DNA of 64,000 nt from assembly GCA_965221455.1 (NCBI GenBank), contig OZ244890.1, forward strand, positions 2,142,290 through 2,206,289, read 5' to 3'. Numbering within the stretch: position 1 is the first letter of the stretch; the number at the start of each line of letters is the position of its first letter. This stretch comes from Gammaproteobacteria bacterium (GTDB taxonomy: Bacteria > Pseudomonadota > Gammaproteobacteria > Eutrophobiales > Eutrophobiaceae). Of this stretch, positions 1 to 10,267 are shown piece after piece. The notes below the pieces were generated by a model, which did not search any database, was not told where the DNA came from, and saw only the letters and a program-made list of their open reading frames with translations. Position numbers and translations under genes: made by a program.

Positions 1-573
1 AAAGCTTGAGTCTTTGGTGATATTGACCCAGTGATGGTTTAGCAGAATTACAAGTTGGTAAATATATTCGAAGCCTTGGTCCAAAATTTTTAGTTTTGCT
101 GTTTCTCTACCGTATTGATAATTTCTCTGTGCGTGTAGGAAATTACCAGCTCTACCATAAGCCTTAAAGAGTTCGGGCTCTGTCATGAAAGTGATATCGG
201 ATTGCGAGACATCTTCTATTTTCCTCAAACCATCTGTGTCGAGGCCACTATCTTTCTTAGGCGTGGGAAAGAAGTCCGTATTAAAACGTTGCAGTTCTTT
301 TTTTATCTTTCCAATTTCGTAACCCTTCCTAAGGGTTTTGTTCAATGCCAGGCCTGCAGATTTATTTGCTACAACGCAAGCAAACATTACAAGCTCTGTA
401 ATCTTCCGGACTTGTAGGTAAACCAGATCAATATCCGTTTCGATAAATCCAGTAAGTGAAGAGCTTATTTTATGGAGAGCATGTATCTTGCGAACTACTT
501 CAGTACGTTTTTTTATTTCCTCCATATATTCAGCGTACTTATTTATACACTCGCTTATCTTTTTCTGATTCAT
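1..573 (-). CDS. Integron cassette hypothetical protein (runs off window edge)
   Basis: Hand translation: ATG at 573, open to position 1 (MNQKKISECINKYAEYMEEIKKRTE...YLQVRKITEL...AGNFLHAQR). Directly follows attC 601-676. Confidence 0.75.
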   Translation of the reverse strand, partial: MNQKKISECINKYAEYMEEIKKRTEVVRKIHALHKISSSLTGFIETDIDLVYLQVRKITELVMFACVVANKSAGLALNKTLRKGYEIGKIKKELQRFNTDFFPTPKKDSGLDTDGLRKIEDVSQSDITFMTEPELFKAYGRAGNFLHAQRNYQYGRETAKLKILDQGFEYIYQLVILLNHHWVNITKDSSF

Positions 574-600
574 GGATGTTTACTCGATACTTCTTGAGAC

Positions 601-676
601 ACTTAACGCTTGGCACAGGGGCGCAGCTTTGCTGCGTCCCAGCCCCGAAGGGGCGAACTGCTGCGCCTTGTTAGCT
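601..676 (-). other. Integron attC site
   Basis: Minus strand AGCTAAC...GTTAAGT (R''/R' boxes) with an imperfect internal palindrome. R'' contains the stop codon of ORF 671-1087. Confidence 0.85.
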
Positions 677-1087
677 ACTTTTACACTGAGATGGTAGAAC
701 AGTAATGGTAGTGAATTGCTTTCCGCTTTTTCCATGGTAAGCATAAGTAACCGGAACATCATTTTTCATGAGGACTTCCATCTCTTTAGTTGTGCGGACC
801 CTGTTGATAAGTTGAGATTGCATAGCTTTGGTGAAACCCTTTGGGTTAAGCTCTTCTGCTGAATAGTTCACCATTGTGTAGTTGTATCGAAATTGCTTAT
901 TAAGCCCAATTGTTGAATCTACATGTGTTTCAGAGTCAATCATCATCGGTAGATTCTGGTTTATTTGACTAGCTGTCTGTATCAATGCCGTATTAAGCTC
1001 TGACGCTTTCTTTCCTTCGAAAAAACTCTCGCTTGTTGATTTTCCAACGAGTTTGCCAATGCCTCCTGCAAAAATAATAACTAACAA
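671..1087 (-). CDS. Integron cassette membrane-anchored hypothetical protein
   Basis: ORF bounded by attC sites with a hydrophobic N-terminus. The frame extends upstream to an ATA codon just after an AAGGAG RBS, so the true start is uncertain. Confidence 0.7.
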   Translation of the reverse strand: MLVIIFAGGIGKLVGKSTSESFFEGKKASELNTALIQTASQINQNLPMMIDSETHVDSTIGLNKQFRYNYTMVNYSAEELNPKGFTKAMQSQLINRVRTTKEMEVLMKNDVPVTYAYHGKSGKQFTTITVLPSQCKSS

Positions 1088-1144
1088 TACCCCGACACCA
1101 CCTAATATCTTCCAGATTGACTGTATACTTTGATTCTCCTTTAG

Positions 1145-1208
1145 AGCTAACGCCAGGCATCAGTGACCGCACGCGAAGCGGGCGGTCCATTGCATGCCAT
1201 TGTTAGGT
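1145..1208 (-). other. Integron attC site
   Basis: Minus strand ACCTAAC-AATGGCATGCAATGGACCGC...GCGGTCACTGATGCCTGGC-GTTAGCT. Confidence 0.85.
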
Positions 1209-1994
1209 GCAGGATACATAGATTTCTTCCTTAGAGCGAACTACAACCCGCATATGCTCCCCTTGCCGAAATGTGGTTCGAATCCAATCCGAGAAGCGTG
1301 CTCCGCCCATAATTCTTGGCGCATCCGTTTGTTTGTTTGTTCTACGATTTACTTCTGCGTCGATTCGTTCGCCTGTGGCACCTAGAACTACACGAATCCG
1401 GTGACCATCTCGTGGAAAGTATCTAGCGTAATCCACTGGGACGTTGAAGAAACCTTGCATGTAGTAGGTTTTTCCCAACGCAATAAGGAAGTGTGGCCGA
1501 ATTTCCTTATCAACGGCACTGCTCTCTGGCACCTGCCGTTTAGGTTCATTGGCGTGCTGCTCCTTGACCGGGCCGGTCGCCTCCGTTTGCTGGCGAGGCC
1601 GAACCCCGCTCTTGTTCCACAGAGGATGAAGTTGTGCGATCAGGTCGTCTTCGAGACCAGCAGCCAAATCAACCTTGAAGCGCCCCACGCGCAACGGAAC
1701 ATCCGACACGAACGCAAAGATTCTAATGCTTTGCCCATCCGCTGTAGCGGATTTGAGGTACTCGTGCACACGGACATTCGTTTTTTGAGTAGGTCCCGGT
1801 TGCTGATATCCGTAAAGACGTTGCTGCAACGGCTGCCTCGTCTTGCCTAGATACAGCAGTTCCTCTTCAACAACGAAAGCGTACAAGGCGGGCGCTTTGT
1901 CACCGATCGGGACAGTCAACTCGAACCGCAACCCTAATGACCCAGAGGTCCAAGCGCCGGAAGCGAGAAAGCCAATATGGATTAACTCTTGCAT
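1203..1994 (-). CDS. GIY-YIG nuclease family protein (cassette) with an extra C-terminal domain
   Basis: ALYAF...LLYLGKT...L.QRL.GY..PG..Q.TN.R motif. ATG at 1994 lies downstream of attC; stop lies within the next attC. Confidence 0.75.
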   Translation of the reverse strand: MQELIHIGFLASGAWTSGSLGLRFELTVPIGDKAPALYAFVVEEELLYLGKTRQPLQQRLYGYQQPGPTQKTNVRVHEYLKSATADGQSIRIFAFVSDVPLRVGRFKVDLAAGLEDDLIAQLHPLWNKSGVRPRQQTEATGPVKEQHANEPKRQVPESSAVDKEIRPHFLIALGKTYYMQGFFNVPVDYARYFPRDGHRIRVVLGATGERIDAEVNRRTNKQTDAPRIMGGARFSDWIRTTFRQGEHMRVVVRSKEEIYVSCT

Positions 1995-2003
1995 ATTGAG
2001 AGC

Positions 2004-2060
2004 ACCTAACGCCAAAAGCACCGGCGGCGAAGCCGTCGCGTGTGCCTTGCCTTGTTATGC
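2004..2060 (-). other. Integron attC site
   Basis: Minus strand GCATAAC-AAGGCAAGGCACACGCGACGGCTTCGCCGCCGGTGCTTTTGGC-GTTAGGT. Confidence 0.8.
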
Positions 2061-2407
2061 ATTTTAGAATGCCTTATTTTTGTTTAATTGCATTGCTGTT
2101 ATGTTAAGTAATAAATGCTCTGCCATGAGTTGTAATAACCCATTCGTTATTCTCGTTTTTCACTAGGTCCCAGATAATAGCATGGTTAAAGATGGAAAAA
2201 GCATTAAAACCAGCTGTTGCAAAAGTCGGTGAACAACTGAAACATTATCAGCCATCAGAAAATGAACAGGCAGCTCAGAAGGGATGCAACCATCCGCCTC
2301 AGTAGCCCCCTCTATCTGGTCGGTATTGTAACGTCGTTAATATTGAAACCATAACCGCACCGGGGCAGTTCCTGAATAACTACTAATAAATACGTACGTA
2401 TCTGATA

Positions 2408-3376
2408 TTAATCATCAATAGCCACTCCCCAGGGAAATTTCCCTACGGCGATGGTTTTGATCGTCTCATTGGTGGATGTGTCGATGACAGAGACCGTGCC
2501 ACTAACGCCATCAGTCGAAAATACGCGACGACCATCTTTTGTTATGGCCAACCCCCATACACGTTTACCTACGGGAATACTCTTGATCACTTCCAGCGTA
2601 TCTGCGTCCATCAGCCACACGCTATTGGAACGACCACCGGCAACATAGATATGTTTTTCGTCCTTGCTTAAGATAACATCTTTAGGTTTACTCTTGGGAT
2701 CTTCCAGTTGTGTGCGCTGGATAATTTTTCCATTTTCCGTTTCTACCTTGACAATTTCACCACTGATCTCGGCAGTGGCATAGGCGATTTTATTGTCTTT
2801 GGTAAACACGGCGGCGCGTGGCCGATGTCCAACGAGGATATTATTAGTGATTGCATGACCGGGAACTGCAATTACATGGAGCATATTTGTAGATTCGCTG
2901 GTAACGATAACCTTGCTGCCATCCGGAGAAATAGCAACGCCTTCCGGTTCCAGACCTACTTGAATTTCAGCAAGCAGCTCGCCAGTTTTTGGATTGTATA
3001 CCGAAGCTTTCGCATCATCTTCGTTGGAAATATATATGTTGCCATTGGGATGAACCGCAAATGTTTCCGGATCAGAGCCAGATTCAAATTTTCTTAACAC
3101 CTCCAGTGTTTTCGGGTCGAATACAGCAATGCTATTTTCTTCACTGACTGCAACATAGACTTCAGTGCCATCAGGTGAAATACCAATGCCGCGAGGACGA
3201 TTACCGATGCCGATTTCTTTTTCAACTTCCAGCGTTTCGCCGTTAATCACACTGACAGAGTTATCTTTTTCATTGGTAACAAAGATCCTGCCTGTGGGTG
3301 ATGCGTAGACGGACTGCATCATGGAAATACAGAGTATGGTCGAAAGTATGGTTTTGATTAACAGGGTGTGTTTCAT
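2408..3376 (-). CDS. PQQ-dependent catabolism-associated YVTN beta-propeller protein
   Basis: Signal peptide; YVTN-type repeats (IFVTNEKDNSVSVI, VGxxPxGV). Confidence 0.85.
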   Translation of the reverse strand: MKHTLLIKTILSTILCISMMQSVYASPTGRIFVTNEKDNSVSVINGETLEVEKEIGIGNRPRGIGISPDGTEVYVAVSEENSIAVFDPKTLEVLRKFESGSDPETFAVHPNGNIYISNEDDAKASVYNPKTGELLAEIQVGLEPEGVAISPDGSKVIVTSESTNMLHVIAVPGHAITNNILVGHRPRAAVFTKDNKIAYATAEISGEIVKVETENGKIIQRTQLEDPKSKPKDVILSKDEKHIYVAGGRSNSVWLMDADTLEVIKSIPVGKRVWGLAITKDGRRVFSTDGVSGTVSVIDTSTNETIKTIAVGKFPWGVAIDD

Positions 3377-3410
3377 GTTTAATTCCTCTTTAGTATTCGT
3401 AATTCTGCCA

Positions 3411-4235
3411 CTATTTCTCGCAGTTCAATAGACCGAGGCTATCCAATGTGGGTGGCTTGGCTATGCCACGGACAGGCGCTTCAGCCACGATTTTGTTATC
3501 TTCGACCAATAATATCAGTTGTCTCAATTGTCCTGTTTTCCGGAAATTCATATCACTACCTTTTTGACCATCAAAAGAGAGATTTTCTTTTAAATGGTTA
3601 AGCATTTGTTTTGCATCGCTGATATTTTCTCTAGCGACTGAATCGGATGTCATTTTCACTGCAGCCCAGCCAGCCCACGCAACATCATCCATGACCGCTC
3701 CTTGATTTTTCCTGAACCGTTTATTCAGATCCCTTGCAGCAAATTTTTTAAAATTTCCATGCCATGCCTGCGCTGTTGCGCCAGAATCAGGATTTTTCTG
3801 TCTCCACTGCGCAACGGCATCAACCTTCATGCTGGTACTTGGTATGGTGTGTAAGGTATTCGGCAAACAACTTGTTCTTGGACCGTCATCTTCGACAGTC
3901 AGGTTGAAAATCGCGATATCAGATAAATATTTGCTCAATTTGTTCAACGTTGTGATATCAACAGCAGAAAGAATGGCAATATATTGACTATAGTCAGTGC
4001 TCATAGCATTGGCAGGATTGACGATATCCAGTTGATAGTTTTGTCCCAGAAATTGACCTTGCAAATTGGCTTCGTCAAGCCCTTGCTGAACGCCGCGCAA
4101 GGCACTGTGATTTTGTTCTCCAACGTAGGCGAAATGCACTTCAATTGCTTCTGTGGCGGCACTACTGACAGAAAGGATGAATAGGAAGCTCAAATATGAC
4201 CATGGACTACTAATATTTTTCTTTAACATAATCAA
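3411..4235 (-). CDS. Substrate-binding protein of the PQQ alcohol dehydrogenase-associated ABC system
   Basis: G..LG..EAN..GQFLGQ.Y.L and WH...K.AA..LN.RF...WAGWAAVK motifs; adjacent to the beta-propeller gene. Confidence 0.7.
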   Translation of the reverse strand: MIMLKKNISSPWSYLSFLFILSVSSAATEAIEVHFAYVGEQNHSALRGVQQGLDEANLQGQFLGQNYQLDIVNPANAMSTDYSQYIAILSAVDITTLNKLSKYLSDIAIFNLTVEDDGPRTSCLPNTLHTIPSTSMKVDAVAQWRQKNPDSGATAQAWHGNFKKFAARDLNKRFRKNQGAVMDDVAWAGWAAVKMTSDSVARENISDAKQMLNHLKENLSFDGQKGSDMNFRKTGQLRQLILLVEDNKIVAEAPVRGIAKPPTLDSLGLLNCEK

Positions 4236-4722
4236 ATATTAACCTTGAAATTGTTCAGGAAGTTACGACCCTTCAATAGACAGAATTATTTGAGGATCCG
4301 GATTCTGTTTGTTTAATTTTTTATCTTACAAATATGCGCCAATATGTAAAGTTTTCGTTACTCCCAAACCCTATTTGGATGGTAAATCATAATCGGTGCA
4401 CTTGTAGCGACATAGGACTGTTAAGTAAACTTAAAAGTTGCAGTAATTTTATTTGTAAGTACTGAACATGCGTCGTGATATGCCTGAAAAACAATTGGGC
4501 ATATCACTTCCCTTACAACATTAAACTTTAAACTTTGCTAAAGTTAAAACAAAAAAAACCGTATACTGACTTGTTATTATCTCAATGCAATTGATTACCA
4601 TTACCACAATTTTATTTTATTAACATCAATTTAGATATTGACAAAGCCAGGCATTTTCATTTAAAAAGCAACACTGGTGGTCGGGTTCCGATTAACGGCG
4701 TTGCTGGAAGGGGAAGAATTGT

Positions 4723-5178
4723 ATGTTGAGATCTCTACAAATAGAGCCGGAGAAATGTACTGGTTGCTTGCAGTGTGAAATGGCTTGTTCCTATGAAGCT
4801 ACCGGGTTGTTCAACCCATCTAAATCAAGAATCAAGGTTTTCACTTTTCACGACGAAGGACGATTTGTTCCTTACACATGTACACAATGCGAAGAGGCCT
4901 GGTGTATGCACGCCTGTCCTGTGGAAGCGATTGTTGTGAATGAAGCTACCGGCGCGAAAGAAATCCTCAATGATGTCTGTGTCGGTTGTAAAGTCTGTAC
5001 CGTGGCATGTCCTTTTGGTACCGTGAACTACGATCATGACACGAAGGTGGTTGTTAAATGTGATTTGTGCGGAGGTGATCCTCAATGTGCGAGTGCCTGT
5101 CCGACCGATGCAATTACCTATGTAGATATGGATCATACCGGTTTAGAGCGTATGCGTGCTCATGCCGCGCAATCTTAG
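4723..5178 (+). CDS. 4Fe-4S polyferredoxin subunit of AOR (AorA-like)
   Basis: Four CxxCxxCxxxC-type clusters; immediately upstream of AOR. Confidence 0.9.
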   Translation: MLRSLQIEPEKCTGCLQCEMACSYEATGLFNPSKSRIKVFTFHDEGRFVPYTCTQCEEAWCMHACPVEAIVVNEATGAKEILNDVCVGCKVCTVACPFGTVNYDHDTKVVVKCDLCGGDPQCASACPTDAITYVDMDHTGLERMRAHAAQS

Positions 5179-5188
5179 GAGATAATTC

Positions 5189-7039
5189 ATGGCCTGGACA
5201 AAAAATGTACTACGCATCAACTTGACGGATGGTTCCATTACCAATGAACCCCTTAACATGGCATGGGCGAATGACTATTTGGGTCAGCGTGGACTCGCGA
5301 CCAAGTATCTAAGCGAAGAAATCGATCCAAAATGTGATCCACTCGGCCCCGATAACAAACTTATAATGACAACAGGTCCGCTGACAGGAACCATGGCTTC
5401 AACAGCCGGACGCTACTCAGTCGTAACAAAAAGCCCTTTGACGGGTGTTTTGGCCTGTTCCAACTCTGGCGGTTTCATTGGTAATGAAATGAAAAATGCC
5501 GGTTGGGATATGATTATCTTCGAGGGCAAGTCGCCTGAACCTGTTTACCTCTATATGGAAAATGAAAAAGTGGAACTTGTCCCGGCAGATGAAATCTGGG
5601 GAAAATCTGTTTGGGAAGCCGATGAGATTTTGCATAAAAAATATCAGGATCCACTACTCAAAATTGCCGCAGTAGGGCGCTCCGCAGAAGCAGGGTGCTT
5701 GTATGCCAGTATCGTAAATGATTTACATCGAGCAGCGGGGCGTTCTGGTGTAGGTACCGTCATGGCATCGAAAAATCTCAAGGCTATCGCCATCAGAGGC
5801 ACGAAAGGTGTGGGTAATATAAAAGACCCTGCTGCCTTCATGAAGGCAGCCAACGAAGGCAAGAAGGTGCTGGCTGAAAATGAAGTGACAGGACAAGGCT
5901 TACCTGCGCTGGGTACACAGGTTTTGATGAATGTTATTAACGAAATGGGAGCCATGCCGACCCGGAATATGAAAGATGTCCAGTTTGAAGGTGCAGGCGA
6001 TATTTCAGGCGAGGCGATGCTGGTACCGAGGGAAAGTGACGGTAAGGCTAACCTGACGACAAATGGTGGATGTTTTGCCTGTACCATTGCCTGCGGAAGA
6101 ATCTCTACAATTGATAGAGGACATTTCTCCATTGAAAATAAACCTCAATACTGGGGTAATTCCGGCGGTTTGGAATACGAGGCAGCTTGGGCGTTGGGGT
6201 CGGATTGTGGCGTGAACGACATGGATGCGTTGACTTATGCACAGTTCCTTTGCAATGAAGATGGCTACGATCCCATCTCCTTTGGCGCAACTGTCGCGGC
6301 GGCGATGGAATTGTTTGAAATGGGTGTCATCACAAGCAAACAGACAGATGGTGTGGCATTTAATTTTGGTTCCGCAGAAGCACTGGTCAAAGCCGCTGAA
6401 TGGGTTGCGACGGGTGAGGGTTTTGGCAAGGATCTGGCGATGGGGTCAAAGCGTTTGTGTGAAAAATACGGACACCCCGATTTATCAATGACCGTCAAAG
6501 GTCAGGAATTTCCAGCCTATGATCCCCGCGGAGTACAAGGCATGGGCCTGGCATACGCAACCTCAAATCGGGGTGCGTGTCACCTGAGAGGTTATACGGT
6601 TGCGTCCGAAGTTTTTGGTATTCCGGAAAAAACTGATCCTTTGTCAACCGAAGGTAAGGCAGGATTAGTCAAGGCATTTCAGGATGCCACGGCGGCTGTT
6701 GATTCTTCAGGTCTATGCGTATTTACAACCTTTGCCTGGTCAATGGAAGACATTGCGCCGCAGATAGATGCTGCATGTGAAGGTGACTGGAGTGCTGAAA
6801 AATGTCTTGAAGTTGGAGAACGTATCTGGAATCTTGAACGCGATTTTAATAATGCGGCGGGTATGACAGCGGCCGATGATACTTTGCCGAAACGCTTGAG
6901 GAAAGATGCGGCTAAAGTCGGACCTGCTGCAGGTCGAGTGAATGATCTTGATAAAATGTTACCGGAATATTACCAACTGCGGGGCTGGACATCAGAAGGT
7001 AGATTGACCGATGAGACTCGTGCTCGATTCGGGCTGTGA
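5189..7039 (+). CDS. aor: Tungsten-type aldehyde:ferredoxin oxidoreductase
   Basis: AAGRSGVGTVMASKNLKA, CxxCxxxC, EYE, SNRGACH motifs; 616 aa. Confidence 0.92.
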   Translation: MAWTKNVLRINLTDGSITNEPLNMAWANDYLGQRGLATKYLSEEIDPKCDPLGPDNKLIMTTGPLTGTMASTAGRYSVVTKSPLTGVLACSNSGGFIGNEMKNAGWDMIIFEGKSPEPVYLYMENEKVELVPADEIWGKSVWEADEILHKKYQDPLLKIAAVGRSAEAGCLYASIVNDLHRAAGRSGVGTVMASKNLKAIAIRGTKGVGNIKDPAAFMKAANEGKKVLAENEVTGQGLPALGTQVLMNVINEMGAMPTRNMKDVQFEGAGDISGEAMLVPRESDGKANLTTNGGCFACTIACGRISTIDRGHFSIENKPQYWGNSGGLEYEAAWALGSDCGVNDMDALTYAQFLCNEDGYDPISFGATVAAAMELFEMGVITSKQTDGVAFNFGSAEALVKAAEWVATGEGFGKDLAMGSKRLCEKYGHPDLSMTVKGQEFPAYDPRGVQGMGLAYATSNRGACHLRGYTVASEVFGIPEKTDPLSTEGKAGLVKAFQDATAAVDSSGLCVFTTFAWSMEDIAPQIDAACEGDWSAEKCLEVGERIWNLERDFNNAAGMTAADDTLPKRLRKDAAKVGPAAGRVNDLDKMLPEYYQLRGWTSEGRLTDETRARFGL

Positions 7040-7067
7040 CAGTGATCACATACTCAGGCGTTGAAGA

Positions 7068-8330
7068 ATGAAACATGTCATTATTGGTGCTGGACCTGCG
7101 GGCGTCATTGCTGCGGAGGCCTTGCGTAAAGTACAGCCCGATTTGACGATCACTGTCATTGGTGACGAGCCGGAGCCGCCGTATTCACGCATGGCCATCC
7201 CGTATTTTCTTATTGAGAATATTGATGAGGCTGGCACTTACCTGCGCAAGTCGGATTCGCACTTTTCTGATGCCGGTATTGATGTCGTTCGGGGACGCGT
7301 ATCCGGTGTCGATGCAAAGAGTAAAAAACTCTCGCTTGAGGGTGGTACTTCAATTGCTTATGACAAATTACTTATTGCAACCGGATCTAATCCTGTGCGT
7401 CCGCCGATAGCAGGCATGGACTTACCCAATGTACACAGTTGCTGGACACTTGAAGACAGCCGTAATATTGCAGCCAAAGCGACAAAAGGCTCAAATGTCG
7501 TACTCATGGGTGCCGGATTCATCGGCTGTATCATTCTCGAAGCACTCGCCTCTCGTGGTGTTAATCTCACAGTGGTTGAGATGGAAGATCGGATGGTAGC
7601 AAGAATGATGGATCAAAATTCCGGCAACCTGATTAAAAAATGGTGTCAGGGGAAAGGCGTTTCCGTACATACATCGACACGAGTCGAAGCAATTACAGAA
7701 AGCGATAACGGTCTCAAGGTATCACTGGATAATGGAGAAGTGGTTGATGCAGATTTGGTGATATCCGCCACAGGTGTGAAACCCAACATCCAGTTTTTGG
7801 AAGGTAGTGGGATCAAGACTGAATTTGGGGTGTTGGTGAATAACCGTTTGCAGTCCAGCGATCCCGATGTCTATGCCGCAGGCGATGTCTGTCAGGGTAA
7901 AGATTTTTCTACCGGTGAATACAGTGTCCAGGCGATTCAGCCGACAGCAGCGGATCACGGTCGTATTGCCGCCATGAACATGATGGGTAAAGACACAGTT
8001 CATCAAGGCAGCGTCAATCTCAACGTGCTGGACACGCTGGGTCTTATATCCAGCTCTTACGGTTTATGGATGGGTGTCGAAGGAGGGGATTCAAGCGAAC
8101 TCTACGATGCCGAGCGTTACCGCTATATCAGCCTCCAGTTTTGTGAGGATGTATTGGTTGGCGCACAATCGTTGGGACTTACTCAGCATGTGGGTGTGTT
8201 GAGAGGACTGATCCAGTCAAAAGTGAAATTAGGTAAGTGGAAGGATCGTTTGCTTAAAGATCCCACCAGAATCATGGAAGCCTATTTAGGCTGTACTCAG
8301 GCTGTCGGGCATAATGCCGGTGTCATCTAG
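7068..8330 (+). CDS. FAD/NAD(P)-dependent oxidoreductase (AorC-like)
   Basis: Two GxGxxG Rossmann motifs, ATG motif, YAAGD. Confidence 0.88.
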   Translation: MKHVIIGAGPAGVIAAEALRKVQPDLTITVIGDEPEPPYSRMAIPYFLIENIDEAGTYLRKSDSHFSDAGIDVVRGRVSGVDAKSKKLSLEGGTSIAYDKLLIATGSNPVRPPIAGMDLPNVHSCWTLEDSRNIAAKATKGSNVVLMGAGFIGCIILEALASRGVNLTVVEMEDRMVARMMDQNSGNLIKKWCQGKGVSVHTSTRVEAITESDNGLKVSLDNGEVVDADLVISATGVKPNIQFLEGSGIKTEFGVLVNNRLQSSDPDVYAAGDVCQGKDFSTGEYSVQAIQPTAADHGRIAAMNMMGKDTVHQGSVNLNVLDTLGLISSSYGLWMGVEGGDSSELYDAERYRYISLQFCEDVLVGAQSLGLTQHVGVLRGLIQSKVKLGKWKDRLLKDPTRIMEAYLGCTQAVGHNAGVI

Positions 8331-8495
8331 GTATGTGTTTTAACTGCAAGACAACTTGTCAGTATTAGCAATGTAATTGTGCTATTTTAATATTAATTAT
8401 ATGTATTTTATATGTAATATGTATTTTTTTGTTACTGTTTCTTTCGATAATAATTCTATTGCGGATAGAAACTGGATATGGGGATAAGATAAGTA

Positions 8496-8750
8496 ATGCA
8501 GAAAATTCAATCATACTGTCTGGATCATCAGTTCCAGGCTGAGTCATCCTTTCTGGATGTCTTTGCTGATGTACACACATTACCCGATGCGCTTGAATTA
8601 TATCGCCCGCAAAAGAACTACTACGTAGGTTGGGAAGCGTATAATCCCAATATCAAGGCCTATTTTGGTAAGGCGATTAAAGATATTGGTCTGTCACAAC
8701 TTACTGATGAGGATAACCCGACTGAAAGAAATCTCTTGGCCTTGAAGTAG
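8496..8750 (+). CDS. Hypothetical protein
   Basis: 84 aa ORF after an AT-rich stretch, abutting the DUF2335 gene. Confidence 0.5.
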   Translation: MQKIQSYCLDHQFQAESSFLDVFADVHTLPDALELYRPQKNYYVGWEAYNPNIKAYFGKAIKDIGLSQLTDEDNPTERNLLALK

Positions 8751-9266
8751 GTGGCGATGAGTTCGGGTCGCGGTAAAAGAAAAAAACAAATCACCTCACG
8801 GAAAAAGACTTCATCTCAGGGTGTAGCAAAGCAATCCCAAAGTGAAGACCTGAAGTTAGTCCTGGAACAATTCGGTCGTCTGTCGCGAGAACAGCGGAGT
8901 GGATTTCTCAGTCAAGTGACGGTTGTCGAACAGGAACAATATTCTGGTCCTATTCCCACCGCAGAGCAGCTTGCAAAATATCAAAAAATATTGCCCGATG
9001 CGGCAGACCGCATATTAAAAATGGCGGAAAAGGAACAGGATATCAAGTGGGAAGCTACACGGGGACAGATTGAGAATCAGGATAAACTTATCGGCAATGA
9101 TACGAGAAGAGTTTACAGTGCTACTTTGCTTGGTTTCGTACTGTTAGTTATTGCTGGCCTCGCAACATGGCAGGGTAATACAGTTATTGCTATTCCCCTC
9201 GGTCTGGCGGGCATTGTTGCTAGTCTGCTTAAGTTCGCCATAGACTGGTTAAAACAAAAAAGATAA
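8751..9266 (+). CDS. DUF2335-type membrane protein
   Basis: YSGPIP...L..Y..ILP.AADRI..MAEKEQ followed by two TM helices. Confidence 0.8.
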   Translation: MAMSSGRGKRKKQITSRKKTSSQGVAKQSQSEDLKLVLEQFGRLSREQRSGFLSQVTVVEQEQYSGPIPTAEQLAKYQKILPDAADRILKMAEKEQDIKWEATRGQIENQDKLIGNDTRRVYSATLLGFVLLVIAGLATWQGNTVIAIPLGLAGIVASLLKFAIDWLKQKR

Positions 9267-9268
9267 AT

Positions 9269-9532
9269 TTGCCCTACATTATGCAAATCACCCTCAAGCT
9301 GTACGCGACCTTAAGCGAATATCTGCCGGCAGGGGCACAGGAACATAGAACAACCCTGGACATTGCAGATGAAGAAACGGCCTACGGTGTGATTGAGCGC
9401 TATCATATTCCAAGGGAACGCGCCCATCTGATTTTGCTTAACGGCGTATACCTGACGCCGGAACAGCGAGAACAACCTGCATTCAAGGAAGGCGATACGC
9501 TGGCTATATGGCCACCTGTTGCGGGCGGCTGA
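9269..9532 (+). CDS. MoaD/ThiS sulfur carrier (AorD-like)
   Basis: Ubiquitin-like size; ends in PPVAGG. Confidence 0.85.
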   Translation: MPYIMQITLKLYATLSEYLPAGAQEHRTTLDIADEETAYGVIERYHIPRERAHLILLNGVYLTPEQREQPAFKEGDTLAIWPPVAGG

Positions 9533-9631
9533 GTTAATTGCCGCCTGTTGTCATTGACTGACTTACCGAAGAACAGATTTTTCTCATCCGGCGGTTGGAA
9601 CTAACATTTTGCGAAGGCTCCATACAAATTA

Positions 9632-9919
9632 ATGGTACAGACCATTGAACGTGAGATGAGCATCTCACATAGTGATTTTTTTAGACTTTTACCCAAAGCC
9701 GTAAAATCATATCGCTATCAGCAAGGTGATAATCATATAAAGGTTTTCATGCACGACGGCGAAATCTGCCTGTCTTTGTCAGAAGAGCGGGTTCGCAAAA
9801 TAGCCAGTCTGAGTCTGCCGGTAACGGATGTGACATTTCAGATAAAAAATGTGGCAGAAAAGACAAAAAATGAATTTTTTAAACAATTTGACAGGGCGTA
9901 TCAACGTGGTGGTGGTTAA
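9632..9919 (+). CDS. Conserved small protein at the end of the aor operon
   Basis: REM....DF.R.LP...R.IASL.LP...F.RAYQRGGG. Confidence 0.7.
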   Translation: MVQTIEREMSISHSDFFRLLPKAVKSYRYQQGDNHIKVFMHDGEICLSLSEERVRKIASLSLPVTDVTFQIKNVAEKTKNEFFKQFDRAYQRGGG

Positions 9920-10267
9920 ACTGAGATACTACCTTAAATCAACCTCCAAGCTTAATGCTATTCTTAAAAATTTGTTGTAGAAATGATACACTTTAGACAA
10001 AGATTTGAGGTAATGTTGTAAAAAAGAAGAAAGGCAGTTGCAGTCGTTTCTCAAGTTTTGTATAGTCTGCCCCGTCTTGACTTTCAGGATGCCCAGGCGG
10101 TGGCCTTGAAGTTTGAAGCTCGGTATCAAGTTTTTTCAAGAACTTGGTATGTAATAAGAGGAATTTAAGTTGGGGAGGTCGAATTTTTACAGTCGCGCTC
10201 ATCTTTCGATGGATGCAGGTGTGTTTGAAGTAAATGCAATAATTTTTTCCTGAGGAGGAAATATACA

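Noticed and set aside
202-762. Short ORFs 202-417, 456-674 and 580-762
   Set aside because: Antisense to the cassette gene at 1-573 or spanning an attC site.
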